In this document: positions 47,050 to 57,434 of the stretch, one piece after another | Position numbering within the stretch: the stretch's first letter is position 1 | How the letters are laid out: every line of letters begins with the position of its first letter | IMG/VR virus record: IMGVR_UViG_3300043446_004613 | Location: 147,114 to 211,113 of that record | Length of the DNA: 64,000 nt | Strand: one strand, 5' to 3' | Made by a program: the position numbers and the translations under genes | Notes under the pieces: model-generated | What the model was told of the DNA's origin: nothing | Database searches by the model: none | The model's input: the letters and a program-made list of their open reading frames with translations, nothing else

Positions 47050-48360
47050 ATGACACCGTTTGGATTAGCCAGAAGCCTGCTTGAAGCCGAATACTCGTAT
47101 TCGTCGACGGACATCGCGCCGCCGCCGGAGATGATCGACTTCATCCTTGAATGGAACCGGTTACAGGTTCCTGAAGATGCTCTGGTCATCGATCCAGATG
47201 GCGGCAAAGGTCGTGAACGCGATCCGCATATCACCGTCAAGTACGGGCTGCTTGCAAGCGAAGTACCGGGTGAACTGAGGCAGATCGCCAAGGACACCAG
47301 ACCGTTCCCAATCTTCTTGGGTACTGTATCGTTGTTCACAACGAACCCGCAATTCGATGTGGTGAAAATCGATGTGGAGTCGCCCGAACTTCGCTTGCTC
47401 AACAAGCGCGTCAGCGATGCAATCCCACACGAAGACTCGTATCCGACCTACAATCCACATCTGACGCTCGCCTACGTTAAGAAAGGTTCCTGTACACATC
47501 TTGTCGGGGAAGACCCGTTTGAATCACCAGAGTCGACACGCGAATTCATTGCTGCCGGTATGCGCTTCAGCGGTGCCGGTGACGACAGTGACCCTGACCG
47601 TTTACGTGAGCATTTGCTGTTTAGCCGTGCGCCAAAAGCCAAAGAGGTAACCGAGGCGGTCATAGACGTTGAACGCACCGAAATCGACAGCATTGTAGAC
47701 ATCATTACACAGTGTGCGGAAGAATCCAACAGCGACCCGCGCATTTTTGTGGCCTTGGCTAATGATGCGTTGCAAGACAAAGGCGTCCTGTTCGGCGAAA
47801 CCCAGTTCAACGTGCCAGAAGCGGATGAGACAGGTGTTACCATACCGATCCCTTATCCCCAGCAGCTGCGCAGCCCATACTGGCCGAAGAGCTTGGCTTC
47901 CATTTTATACCATGAAGGCGTTCATCTTGGGCAGATGGATCGCATGCAAGACCCGAAGGCCGTAGCCGATAAGGCTACCGAGTACGTCGCTCCCGGCGGT
48001 AAGATGGATACTGATCGCTATCTGAACCAAAAGCAGGAAGTCATGGCGTGGGCGGCTAGCATGGTTGACTCTTGGCGTCGGCAAGGGCTTTCCAAGGAAC
48101 AGATGGTGCAGCGCCTTCGCTCGGGTAACTGGGGCTACGGAATGAAGTACTGGCATAATCGTCAGCGCTACCCGCAGACGTTCAACCGTTTCGTCAAGCA
48201 GGCGACTGAATACATCAACCTAAGTGAAAGCGAAGAAGCCCGCATTGAATCCGTTAATACTGATCCATTTGCCAACCTGAAGTTCCCGGTTGACCCGGCG
48301 CGGGTTGCTCAGTTCTTAAACAGTAACTGGAGGAAGCGCGTTGGGCGCATGATCCTGTAG
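47050..48360 (+). CDS. 2H phosphoesterase (Acb1/gp57B-like) fused to a HExxH domain
   Basis: DPHITVKYGL and YNPHLTLAYV (two HxT motifs); C-terminal LYHEGVH...QEVMAW. Confidence 0.8.
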   Translation: MTPFGLARSLLEAEYSYSSTDIAPPPEMIDFILEWNRLQVPEDALVIDPDGGKGRERDPHITVKYGLLASEVPGELRQIAKDTRPFPIFLGTVSLFTTNPQFDVVKIDVESPELRLLNKRVSDAIPHEDSYPTYNPHLTLAYVKKGSCTHLVGEDPFESPESTREFIAAGMRFSGAGDDSDPDRLREHLLFSRAPKAKEVTEAVIDVERTEIDSIVDIITQCAEESNSDPRIFVALANDALQDKGVLFGETQFNVPEADETGVTIPIPYPQQLRSPYWPKSLASILYHEGVHLGQMDRMQDPKAVADKATEYVAPGGKMDTDRYLNQKQEVMAWAASMVDSWRRQGLSKEQMVQRLRSGNWGYGMKYWHNRQRYPQTFNRFVKQATEYINLSESEEARIESVNTDPFANLKFPVDPARVAQFLNSNWRKRVGRMIL

Positions 48361-48372
48361 TTATTGCGTTAA

Positions 48373-51300
48373 ATGAGCATCGGCAATCTCAAAGAGCAGT
48401 TTCTGTACGATCTCCTGCCTGACGCTGTCGTCAGTCAGGATGATCGCGGGTACATCGAAGCAGTCGTTTCCGGCGTGCAAGACCGCTTGGAAGACGTGCG
48501 CTCTTATGCCAAGAAGCTGGACTTGTTCTGGCAGCCCGGTGCGCTTCCAACCGGGAGTTACAATGTCATTCTGGTCGATCTCGTCAGCGAACAGGGTAAA
48601 GCGTATACGCGCAGTCTGGACATCCAGACGGATACACCTGCTCCGGGCAGCAGCCAGCTTCCACTGTGGGCAGCTTTTCAACTGAACATCCCGGTCGAAG
48701 CATTAGGCGCGGTGCGTTACGGATACGATGCGTTGCGTGCTGTAGACGTTAACACTTTGGCGTGGCTGGCCCAGACACTGGGAGCGATCCTGTATGATAC
48801 CGACATGCTTGAGGGCAATGCGGTAAACGCCGCTCAAGTCCAACTGGTGTCTACGTGGTTCCCGCGCCTCAAGATCAAAGGCACCAATCAAAGCTTTGAA
48901 GTGCTCGGTAAGATTCTCGGCTTTGACGACATCCGCATGACCCCGCTGTGGTCACGCCTTAATCCGCACGTCCCGGACGATGTCGGCAACAGCGCCAATG
49001 CAACCGATTACGCCGCCGAGCCGGAATACGCGCCGCAGCAAGTTATCGGCCCTTACTACGATCCGTTCGTTTATCGTGACGGCCCTTTTTACAGCTGGAG
49101 CACTACGGTTAACAACGGCACGAACAGCACCGAATTTTACACGGAAAGCGTCAACGGTAAGAATCCTTGGATTCGCGTTGCACTGCTCGGTTCACTGGCA
49201 GGCACGAACGTACCATCGATTCAGAACGGGACAGTTACTCATCCAGCGACTGGCTCATACGCACTGGCCAACGGTAATTCACTGGCCCGCGCATACGTTG
49301 ATCCGCTCGGCAGCAGCGTTCGTTTTCAGGCGGTCGCCGACGGTGCTTCCTTCAACGGCATCTATGTCCACGTTACTACCGTGGGTACGCTGGCGACGAT
49401 TGCCATCGAAGACCGACTGTCGGCAATCAAGTACCGCAGCAGTTACTTCGATCTCGGCCTCACCGCTGACATGGACAAGGTGGAGGAAATCTTTGGAAGC
49501 CGGGCGGCGACGACCAATAAAGACCTCAAAGCCAATCCGAACCTGACCCCGGATGGAACGGCGGAGAGTCCATACCGGCCTTGGGTATCCGGCAGCATCG
49601 CTGTTGCCGAGACGACGACAGACTGGGTGACTTCAAACGGCGACATCACCTACACGGTTGTTGCTCGTCAGCAAGCTGATCCAGCGGTCGGTGACCGCCA
49701 GCTGAACACGGATTCACTGGTCGTTGCCGGTGTGCAGGTCACGCAAGCCTTGGAAGAGGTACGTGCAGCTACCCGCCTACCCCGGCGTAGCCAGACCGGT
49801 TTCTTGGTGAATGACAGCGCTTGCTATGCGCCGTACGCTGTAAACGGCACGTTGTTTACAGAACCGACAGCAGTCGCCGCCTCAAGCGGAACCTGCGCTG
49901 ATGCGCCGTTGGGTTCGTATGTGGCTGCTCTGACGGCAGTCATTCCCAATGTAACGGAGATCAAGTGGGTCGCTGAAGCAAACGTTCAGTACGTCCTGAC
50001 CGCTTATTTCATATCGCCGCCCGCACCAAACGTCGTGCTTGGAACAGTCACAGCGCAGAACGCAGGAACGTACGCTTTTTACACCGATACCAGCCCATCC
50101 GCCGCTTTCTCCATCGAACCGTCTCCGGTCTATGCGTTCCCGGTGCAATCGAACACGGCAACGCTGCCTTTGACCGCTGAGGTTAATCCGGCAAACTACG
50201 ACGAATACATCTACGCGATAAAGTCGGATACGAACATAACCTGCACCGGTTCGTTTAATTTCGCGACTGGGCAGTACGGCTTCAGCCACAGCAACATTGC
50301 AGATTTTACGGTGTTGACGGCATGGACGCTGGTGAGCACAGGTACGATTCGGCCTGAGCCTTATGAAAGTGTTCTGGTTTGTGAAACAGGCACGTTTTAC
50401 ACCGATAGCACGTTAGGCCCGACGAACACAAATCCGACTGCGCCGTGGCCGGATACAGGCATATTTTTTCAACAAGGCGAACTGATCTCGATAACGACGG
50501 TCGGTTCTGTTTCACCAACGCCCGGTTATTGGATCGGGCCGGAAGGCTACAACTGGGCACCTGACCGGCTGGACAATCGGTTCAAGCACGAAGCTTTGCT
50601 TGGTCGCGTCGGGCTATCGGGCAGCATCTTTTTGGTCGGCTCGCTCTATTCCGGCGCGGCGACAGACACCGGAAGCCTTTACCTAGTCACGAATGACGTA
50701 TCACGCGCCAACAACGAAGGCTCGTTTACATCGTACATTACCGTCTGTTCCGAAGAAGAACAACGGGCGGCGGAAGCGTGCTTGTGTCGTCCCGAAGACG
50801 AAGATGACGGGCTGATTTACGAGGTTGCTGATGATTTTCCGTGGAACCGTGAAGTCACGGTCGGCGGTGAACTGGTTGAGTTGGACATCTACCGCACAGG
50901 CACGGACATCGCTGTTCAAGAGCTAGAGGAGGCAACAGCTTTCAACGACCAGACCGGTGTCGACATAAATGTCTACGCGCTGACCAGTCCCAACACATCG
51001 GTACCTCGTCTGACCTACGAACCGCGTTCAATCGCTAAAGGCGTATACAGTCCGGCCTACACCGCCATCGGCTATCAAGGCACACTCAAGGACTTGTCTA
51101 CGCTAACATCAGCGGAAACAGACTTCATACGTCCTCCGATCGGTTCCAGCTTTGGCGATACAGAGACGGACTATGACGTGCTCTTTCAGCCCGGATACAG
51201 TCTGTACCACGTTGGCCTCGCTCAAGGCGTTTTGGTTGCGGACTTGGTTAAATTTTTCGGCCCTCAGCACAGCGTGGGCTTGGTCGGTTGGTTCGCATTT

Positions 51301-54300
51301 AATGAGCACGTAGACGCAGCGCTTTCTGTAGTCGACCACAGCTTCCGGGCTACGCCGACAGACTTGATCGGTGTTAATAGCGCAGACCGCCATTTTGACT
51401 CTGTTCGTGGATGGTGCCTGACGTTGAATGACAGTCAGGTGATTGCCGATGAATACCGTGATTTGGTAGACGAAGTGACGGCGGCGTTCTGGATCAAGCG
51501 CACGGCGACTGCACTCTACCCGTCAACGGAAACTACGATTGTCGACTGTTCACTGGTCTATTTCACGCTAAGCCCCGGCGGTGCCGTGACTGGCTACGCC
51601 AAAAAGGACAACGGTGTAGGCACTGCCCTTGGCAGCGTAGTGATTGCAGACGGCGAATGGCACTTCATTTACATCCGGCGCAGCGAACACAATGCAGTGT
51701 TCGGTGATGCAACGTTGTCTACCAGTGCTGTGGAAATCAACGTAGCTGGTTCATACCTTGCCGGTGATCCCGATATTGATACGCTGGTAAATGTGCAAGC
51801 TGCCAATGGCGCTGCATTTACGATCCACGATCTGCGCATCTGGAACGTGACCAAGACAGCAGCGGAAATGGACTTGATCCGTTACCATAATCCGACACCG
51901 ACGCTCTGCACTTACCGCCTTGGGTTCATCTATACGCTGGATCGAAAGGACAAATACGGTATCAAGATTCTACCGTCCGGTTGGGCTTACCCGAATGTAT
52001 TGCCTGCGTGGTATCGTCGCACGCGCCAAGGTCTGGTGTTGCGCTACGATAGCATGGGTTCCTACCACGGCGACAGCCGTTTCAAGGAAGTCGGTATCGG
52101 CGACTGTCGTCCGTTGCCGGACACTTATACGCTGGGTGCTCAGTTCACGTGTATGACTGGTGAAGGCACGACGCCGTACAGCACTGACAGCGGACAGTTG
52201 CCCGGTTGGTCTGCTAAGTGGCAGTCCCAGAACAATTCAGGCAACTACCTGAAATTAAACTTCAGCGGCAGCACGGCTAACGGTATTCCAGCGGTCACTG
52301 TTTCAAGCGGTACCGCAACGCCGTGGCCGAACACGATGACGCAGACTAATCCGTTCCGTGAGTACGTGTACGTGCTTACCACGAACGGGCAGCATGTATA
52401 CCAGATGGCTTTGAATGGTGATGCCGCATCAACATGGTTGGAGGCGGTTTTCGTGGGTACAGTAGGAAATGAAGAAGCCACCGGGGCTTATACACGGCTC
52501 AGCAAGAACGGCGTAGGCATGCTTTTCGCCGACCCGACCACAATGCGCGGCGTTATCTCAGCCGCGAATCCGTGGCCGACGCTTGGTATGTTCACAACGC
52601 CGCCGCTGTACATGTATCTGACCAGCCGCAGCAAGCAGACAGTGGGAGATGCTCACGACACATGGGTCGACAAGACACCTACAGGCAGTCCGCCCGTAGT
52701 GACGCCCGAGGATAATGCCGTCGATTGGCAGCCCATGCCAAGCATCGTGCGTATCGACTCGTACGGAACATCTTTGTATACGCCTGCACTCGGCAAAGCG
52801 GGCGTGCTTGAGTTTACAGGTAGCAACTACCTCGCTACAGGCAACTACGAGCTAACGATTGTTAGTGCGCAAGTAGGTCAAGCGGATGAAGACTTTGACG
52901 GATTCGCTGTCGGCATCAATGTGAACGACACGGTTATCCAGCGCCGCCTGCTGCGCGGTAAGAGCGGCTACAATTTTAGCGGCACGGATACGTTTCAGTT
53001 TTATCTGGACGACGAAGTGAGCGGGAATTATCTGATCAGTTTCGATTGGACGAACCCATTGACAGATACGGCAAAAGGAACCAAGCGCCAGCTGGCGATC
53101 CTTGGTTACACACTCCGCCACATCAATACTGAGATTTTTAAGGTTGAGGCGCTGAGCGTTGGGTCACCCACATTTACGCAGCTTTCTACCGACATCAGTT
53201 CTATTGGTACGACACCCGGCGGCTGGTTTGCAGCAATCAATAGCTATGGTACTGCGGTAGGCTACCAGCACGAATCGACAATCTATACGTCGAACGAAAA
53301 TACAGCGGCAATATATCCCGTTGGAGATACGCTCTCTCCGCTGACAAACGAACGTCGCGACGACATCATTTATACCGGAACGAATGTCGTCGTTGCCGAT
53401 ACCGGTACAATCACGATGCCGAACTTTACGGCGGCAGGCACGGCTCCGCAGGACGCTCCGGCTTGGGTTTGGGCAGGTGCCTTGACCAGTAATCCATCGT
53501 TCACAGTGACAGTCAAAACGACCGGTCAAACGACACTTCGCTTAGCGGTAAGCGAGTCGAGCACTTTTAGCGATAGTTCGATGACCGACATGGTGGCCTC
53601 GGGTGCCGACAATTACACCAAGATCAAAGTTGATGGGTTGAAGCCGTGGACAACCTACTATTACGCTGTCGAGACAGGCGGAAGCATCCATTATGAGATG
53701 GCAGGTACCGTTGCAACATCCGGTACAGGTGCCCAGAGCTTTAAGTTTGCGGTGGTCGCTTGCGAGAACAATACCAGTTTAAGCACGGTATCCAACGCGG
53801 CTTGGGGATTTATTCACACGCAGAATCCGATGTTTGTAATGCACGTTGGGGATTTCCATTACTACAACATCAACGTAAACGATCCATCTTTTTACCGGAC
53901 AGCGTTCAACAACGTGCTATCGGAAAGCAAACACAAAGCGTTCTACCGGCAACATGGCGTCATGTACATGTGGGATGATCACGATTACGGCCCGAATGAC
54001 GGCAGTAGCGCAAACGTATCACGCCCGGCAGCCCGTTCGGCCTACCGGCAAGTGGTACCGCATCTGCCTTTGGCAGCGGGCGATGGTAACCAGCCGATTT
54101 ATTACGCGTTTACTGTAGGGCGCTGTCGCTTCATCGTCACTGATTGCCGATCGGAACGTACGCCAGTAACGGTGGCTGATAACAACAACAAGACCGTACT
54201 AGGCGCGGCGCAAAAAGCTTGGTTCAAGCAGGAACTGCTGGCGGCTAGTTCAAGTGGAGACATTGCAGCGATCTTCTGGGTCAATTCCTTCCCGTGGACA

Positions 54301-54756
54301 GGCGTTGCCCATCCCGAAGCGAATCCGAGCGTGGAGAACTGGGCAGCCTATCCGACTGAACGTAAAGAGATCGCAGATTACATTTACAGCAAGGCCATCC
54401 GCAAAGTGTTCATTCTCTCGGGCGACATGCACGCCACGGCTTTTGACGATGGTCGAACCTACGATTTTCACGCAAACGGTACGAATTCCGTAGCCCCTAA
54501 TGGACACGGACTACCGGTATTTCAGTGCGGTCAGCTATACAACTCGAATAGCCAAAAGGGAACGCCATACCAAATCGGCCCGTTCTATACAGGCTCAGGC
54601 ACGCGTTCTATCTTTGGCATGGTTCAGGTGGACGACTACGGAAGTTACATGCTCATCACTTTCACCGCCCGCAGCGGAGCCAGCGGAGCAATCGTGAACG
54701 TGGGCGGTATCTACGTTACGGCAACACTTAACTCAGCAGAATCACCCAGACCATGA
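48373..54756 (+). CDS. phoD: Baseplate wedge-type protein with LamG domain and C-terminal PhoD phosphatase
   Basis: N-terminal gpI/gp7-like LAWLAQTLG...KIKGT; LamG (AFWIK, EWHFI, IHDLRIWN); PhoD from about 53461 (VACE, GDFHY, WDDHD..PND, DCRS, GDMH). Confidence 0.88.
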   Translation: MSIGNLKEQFLYDLLPDAVVSQDDRGYIEAVVSGVQDRLEDVRSYAKKLDLFWQPGALPTGSYNVILVDLVSEQGKAYTRSLDIQTDTPAPGSSQLPLWAAFQLNIPVEALGAVRYGYDALRAVDVNTLAWLAQTLGAILYDTDMLEGNAVNAAQVQLVSTWFPRLKIKGTNQSFEVLGKILGFDDIRMTPLWSRLNPHVPDDVGNSANATDYAAEPEYAPQQVIGPYYDPFVYRDGPFYSWSTTVNNGTNSTEFYTESVNGKNPWIRVALLGSLAGTNVPSIQNGTVTHPATGSYALANGNSLARAYVDPLGSSVRFQAVADGASFNGIYVHVTTVGTLATIAIEDRLSAIKYRSSYFDLGLTADMDKVEEIFGSRAATTNKDLKANPNLTPDGTAESPYRPWVSGSIAVAETTTDWVTSNGDITYTVVARQQADPAVGDRQLNTDSLVVAGVQVTQALEEVRAATRLPRRSQTGFLVNDSACYAPYAVNGTLFTEPTAVAASSGTCADAPLGSYVAALTAVIPNVTEIKWVAEANVQYVLTAYFISPPAPNVVLGTVTAQNAGTYAFYTDTSPSAAFSIEPSPVYAFPVQSNTATLPLTAEVNPANYDEYIYAIKSDTNITCTGSFNFATGQYGFSHSNIADFTVLTAWTLVSTGTIRPEPYESVLVCETGTFYTDSTLGPTNTNPTAPWPDTGIFFQQGELISITTVGSVSPTPGYWIGPEGYNWAPDRLDNRFKHEALLGRVGLSGSIFLVGSLYSGAATDTGSLYLVTNDVSRANNEGSFTSYITVCSEEEQRAAEACLCRPEDEDDGLIYEVADDFPWNREVTVGGELVELDIYRTGTDIAVQELEEATAFNDQTGVDINVYALTSPNTSVPRLTYEPRSIAKGVYSPAYTAIGYQGTLKDLSTLTSAETDFIRPPIGSSFGDTETDYDVLFQPGYSLYHVGLAQGVLVADLVKFFGPQHSVGLVGWFAFNEHVDAALSVVDHSFRATPTDLIGVNSADRHFDSVRGWCLTLNDSQVIADEYRDLVDEVTAAFWIKRTATALYPSTETTIVDCSLVYFTLSPGGAVTGYAKKDNGVGTALGSVVIADGEWHFIYIRRSEHNAVFGDATLSTSAVEINVAGSYLAGDPDIDTLVNVQAANGAAFTIHDLRIWNVTKTAAEMDLIRYHNPTPTLCTYRLGFIYTLDRKDKYGIKILPSGWAYPNVLPAWYRRTRQGLVLRYDSMGSYHGDSRFKEVGIGDCRPLPDTYTLGAQFTCMTGEGTTPYSTDSGQLPGWSAKWQSQNNSGNYLKLNFSGSTANGIPAVTVSSGTATPWPNTMTQTNPFREYVYVLTTNGQHVYQMALNGDAASTWLEAVFVGTVGNEEATGAYTRLSKNGVGMLFADPTTMRGVISAANPWPTLGMFTTPPLYMYLTSRSKQTVGDAHDTWVDKTPTGSPPVVTPEDNAVDWQPMPSIVRIDSYGTSLYTPALGKAGVLEFTGSNYLATGNYELTIVSAQVGQADEDFDGFAVGINVNDTVIQRRLLRGKSGYNFSGTDTFQFYLDDEVSGNYLISFDWTNPLTDTAKGTKRQLAILGYTLRHINTEIFKVEALSVGSPTFTQLSTDISSIGTTPGGWFAAINSYGTAVGYQHESTIYTSNENTAAIYPVGDTLSPLTNERRDDIIYTGTNVVVADTGTITMPNFTAAGTAPQDAPAWVWAGALTSNPSFTVTVKTTGQTTLRLAVSESSTFSDSSMTDMVASGADNYTKIKVDGLKPWTTYYYAVETGGSIHYEMAGTVATSGTGAQSFKFAVVACENNTSLSTVSNAAWGFIHTQNPMFVMHVGDFHYYNINVNDPSFYRTAFNNVLSESKHKAFYRQHGVMYMWDDHDYGPNDGSSANVSRPAARSAYRQVVPHLPLAAGDGNQPIYYAFTVGRCRFIVTDCRSERTPVTVADNNNKTVLGAAQKAWFKQELLAASSSGDIAAIFWVNSFPWTGVAHPEANPSVENWAAYPTERKEIADYIYSKAIRKVFILSGDMHATAFDDGRTYDFHANGTNSVAPNGHGLPVFQCGQLYNSNSQKGTPYQIGPFYTGSGTRSIFGMVQVDDYGSYMLITFTARSGASGAIVNVGGIYVTATLNSAESPRP

Positions 54757-56036
54757 ATCAAGTAGGCGATCAAGTTATCTTGCTGGCGACACCGATACCT
54801 ACCGGTAGCGATGTTTACAGCTATGTCTGGGACTTTTGGGATAATTCTTCGGCAGCGACCAGCCAACCGTTTATCACTAAAGTTGTAAACATGGGCGGCA
54901 ATCCGTTCAACGATGTGCTGTCTTACCGTTGCCGCCCGGTAGCTGTCGACGGTCAAAGTGATACGGTGCTTGGTTACATCACGGCAAATCAGCCGCCGAC
55001 CATATTGCCGGGGGTCAGCATCAGCCGAAATGACGAATACTTTACGTATCCGACACGGCTATCGTTGACGGCTATCGACATTGATGGCGACGCCATTGGA
55101 TTCAGCTGGTATCAGGGAACAAATTACATCGGTTCCGGTACCACGGCATCTGCCGGTAGCGCGAATGGAACATGGCACGGCCCGGAGTGGTACAACGGGA
55201 CGACGATTGTCGTATCGCGCCCGGCTACCGAGTGTTACTACGATCTGCTCGTAACTAGCCCGCGCACCGTCACATGTAAGGTTTATGATGTGCGCGGTGG
55301 TACGAGTTCCGTCGACTTTTTGCTGCGCGGTGACGCGAATAGACCACCGGATGCAAGTCTTACCGCAGGTGTAAACGGCGTCGCCTTTGACGCAAGTACG
55401 CCAGTCCAAGCTAGGATCGGTGAAAGCCAGCAGCTGACTTTCAGCGTGTTTGTCGGCCCGATGCCGACACACGTTGTTTATTTTGATTGGAGTTTTTCGG
55501 GAAGTAACCACTGGACGATGGCTCCGCACAGCGTAAACGGCACCACGACTTATCTGGCCAACGGTGCGATCCAGAACACCGTGGAACGCGACATCAGTGC
55601 GGAAGTAGTCACCAGTGGCACAGCCAAGCTGGCCCGTGTGGATGTACGTGTATACGCCGAAAATATCTACGACAGTCGCGTCAGTTATACCGACATAAGC
55701 TATTCGGTATTGCTCATCGAGAATAGTGCTCCTAGCGCAGTCACGGTGGGGCGCTACGATGAAAACAACCTGCCGATTGATACATCGACCGGAACCGGCA
55801 CGAAGATTTTGTTCACCGCGACCGGCACAGACTACAATAACGACTGGATGACCTACGAATGGGCGTTCTCGCATACCGTGCCGCATCTGCCCAGCCCGTT
55901 TTACTGCTGGGGGCCGAAAGTCGTATTCGATACGACCGGCGCGGTGGTCGATACGACGCTTGAAGGTCTGCTTACGGTTACGGATGTGTTGGGCGGCAAA
56001 CTTATCGTAGCGCTGCCTTCTACCACGCTGGAATAA
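54753..56036 (+). CDS. PKD/Ig-domain virion protein
   Basis: YSYVWDFWD, FSWYQG, YEWAFS repeated PKD-like motifs. Confidence 0.7.
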   Translation: MNQVGDQVILLATPIPTGSDVYSYVWDFWDNSSAATSQPFITKVVNMGGNPFNDVLSYRCRPVAVDGQSDTVLGYITANQPPTILPGVSISRNDEYFTYPTRLSLTAIDIDGDAIGFSWYQGTNYIGSGTTASAGSANGTWHGPEWYNGTTIVVSRPATECYYDLLVTSPRTVTCKVYDVRGGTSSVDFLLRGDANRPPDASLTAGVNGVAFDASTPVQARIGESQQLTFSVFVGPMPTHVVYFDWSFSGSNHWTMAPHSVNGTTTYLANGAIQNTVERDISAEVVTSGTAKLARVDVRVYAENIYDSRVSYTDISYSVLLIENSAPSAVTVGRYDENNLPIDTSTGTGTKILFTATGTDYNNDWMTYEWAFSHTVPHLPSPFYCWGPKVVFDTTGAVVDTTLEGLLTVTDVLGGKLIVALPSTTLE

Positions 56037-56052
56037 ATATTGTTTTTTAGTG

Positions 56053-56081
56053 TTGACGCAGCTTACGACACTGTATACAGT
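56053..56081 (+). promoter_or_regulatory. Sigma70-like promoter
   Basis: TTGACG-17-TACAGT; ATG 8 nt downstream. Confidence 0.7.
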
Positions 56082-56089
56082 ACAGGCGT

Positions 56090-56749
56090 ATGGCAAAACT
56101 AAACTCTCTTGATATTCCAGATGCGGCCTCTAAAAAGGCCAAAACCGAAATCCCCACCGTCGTCGTCACCGGCGATATTGTCACCCGCTACAACGAGGCA
56201 CGCGATGCCGCTGACCGGGCCGAAGAAATTCTCAACGAACTGAAGCCAACGCTTACCGAAGAAGGTTTGCAGGGCGTGTTCAATCACAACGCGCAACATC
56301 CTGAAGACCCAAAAGCCCGCATCAGCAGCGTCAATCTCAAGGACGACGCCACCGGCGAGATCGTTCAATTCTCATGGACGAAGAAGAACCTCAAATGCGA
56401 CCCGAAACAGGTCGAAGCCGAGTTCAATACCTTGCGCACTGTGGATGGTAAAAAGGCCAACGTGAACGACTACGTCGGCTATGAGATTGCAGCCAGTTTC
56501 GATACCAAAGTGTTCATGGTTGACGGCAAGTTCAACCGCAACCGCTATGATCAGTTCATGACAGCCATCCAGCAGGTAGCTGCTGATCTGGGCGTCGATA
56601 ATCCGCTTACCTGCGGAAAAGTGCTCGTTCCGAAGGCCGACTTCCACGATAAACGCTGGCAGGCTTTCAACGTCGAGGACAACCTCTGGTTGCAGCAGCT
56701 GCTTCCGACACAGTGCAGCCTTAAACCTATTCGCCCGGAGGCAGACTAA
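56090..56749 (+). CDS. Hypothetical early protein
   Basis: Own promoter and terminator; biased codon usage. Confidence 0.75.
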   Translation: MAKLNSLDIPDAASKKAKTEIPTVVVTGDIVTRYNEARDAADRAEEILNELKPTLTEEGLQGVFNHNAQHPEDPKARISSVNLKDDATGEIVQFSWTKKNLKCDPKQVEAEFNTLRTVDGKKANVNDYVGYEIAASFDTKVFMVDGKFNRNRYDQFMTAIQQVAADLGVDNPLTCGKVLVPKADFHDKRWQAFNVEDNLWLQQLLPTQCSLKPIRPEAD

Positions 56750-56760
56750 ATATCACTGGA

Positions 56761-56796
56761 ACAGGGCGGCGCTAACGTGTGCCGCCCTGTTCTTTT
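56761..56796 (+). terminator. Rho-independent terminator
   Basis: ACAGGGCGGC/GCCGCCCTGT 10-bp stem followed by TCTTTT. Confidence 0.8.
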
Positions 56797-56811
56797 ATGT
56801 TGACTATGTGC

Positions 56812-56840
56812 TCGACAAATATGTCCATAGCGTATACAAC
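56812..56840 (+). promoter_or_regulatory. Sigma70-like promoter (weaker match)
   Basis: TCGACA-17-TACAAC; ATG 9 nt downstream. Confidence 0.5.
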
Positions 56841-56849
56841 ATAAACATT

Positions 56850-57359
56850 ATGCCGAAACGTATCATTAAAAAGTGTGCCGAAGTGCAAGCCGCTGCGCTT
56901 AGCGACTATCGAGGCTCCGATCTAACCACGGAGGAAATCGCCACTAAGCATGGCATTTCCAGTGCGACGCTGACCGTATGGGCCAAGAAAGCCAATATCG
57001 CGCTGCGTAACCGTGGTCGAAAGACCCAGACGGAGCCGACGCCTCGTCAGCTTGCAATCGTCAAGCTTTCCGCCAACTTCAGCTATGAGCAGGTTGGTAA
57101 ACGATTTGGCATGAAGAAGCAGTCGATCCACCGTATTGTCACGCGCTGGAAGCACTGGGGAGAAACAGCTTCTCCTCCGTTTGAACGCGGTGATGTCATC
57201 CTATGGCGTAATCGTAAGTTTACTGTGCTTGAGGCCAGAAAAGACGAAGGAACCTTACGTGAAGAACCTACTGGCAAGCAGTATAAGAATTTTTCGTGGA
57301 CTGGTGGACGTATTCCGAAAAAAGTCGGTCACGTCACGCTACCGGATAGCGGGGAGTAG
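56850..57359 (+). CDS. Transcriptional regulator with two HTH motifs
   Basis: LTTEEIATKHGISSATLTVW and FSYEQVGKRFGMKKQSIHRIV. Confidence 0.75.
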   Translation: MPKRIIKKCAEVQAAALSDYRGSDLTTEEIATKHGISSATLTVWAKKANIALRNRGRKTQTEPTPRQLAIVKLSANFSYEQVGKRFGMKKQSIHRIVTRWKHWGETASPPFERGDVILWRNRKFTVLEARKDEGTLREEPTGKQYKNFSWTGGRIPKKVGHVTLPDSGE

Positions 57360-57434
57360 AACAGGCCGCCTGACCGTAAAACATTCAGGCGGTACTGCTT
57401 TTTACACCTACGACCCAACCACACTAGCCTTCCA

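Noticed and set aside
55059-56096. 345-aa antisense ORF
   Set aside because: Shadow of the PKD protein gene; no recognisable motifs.
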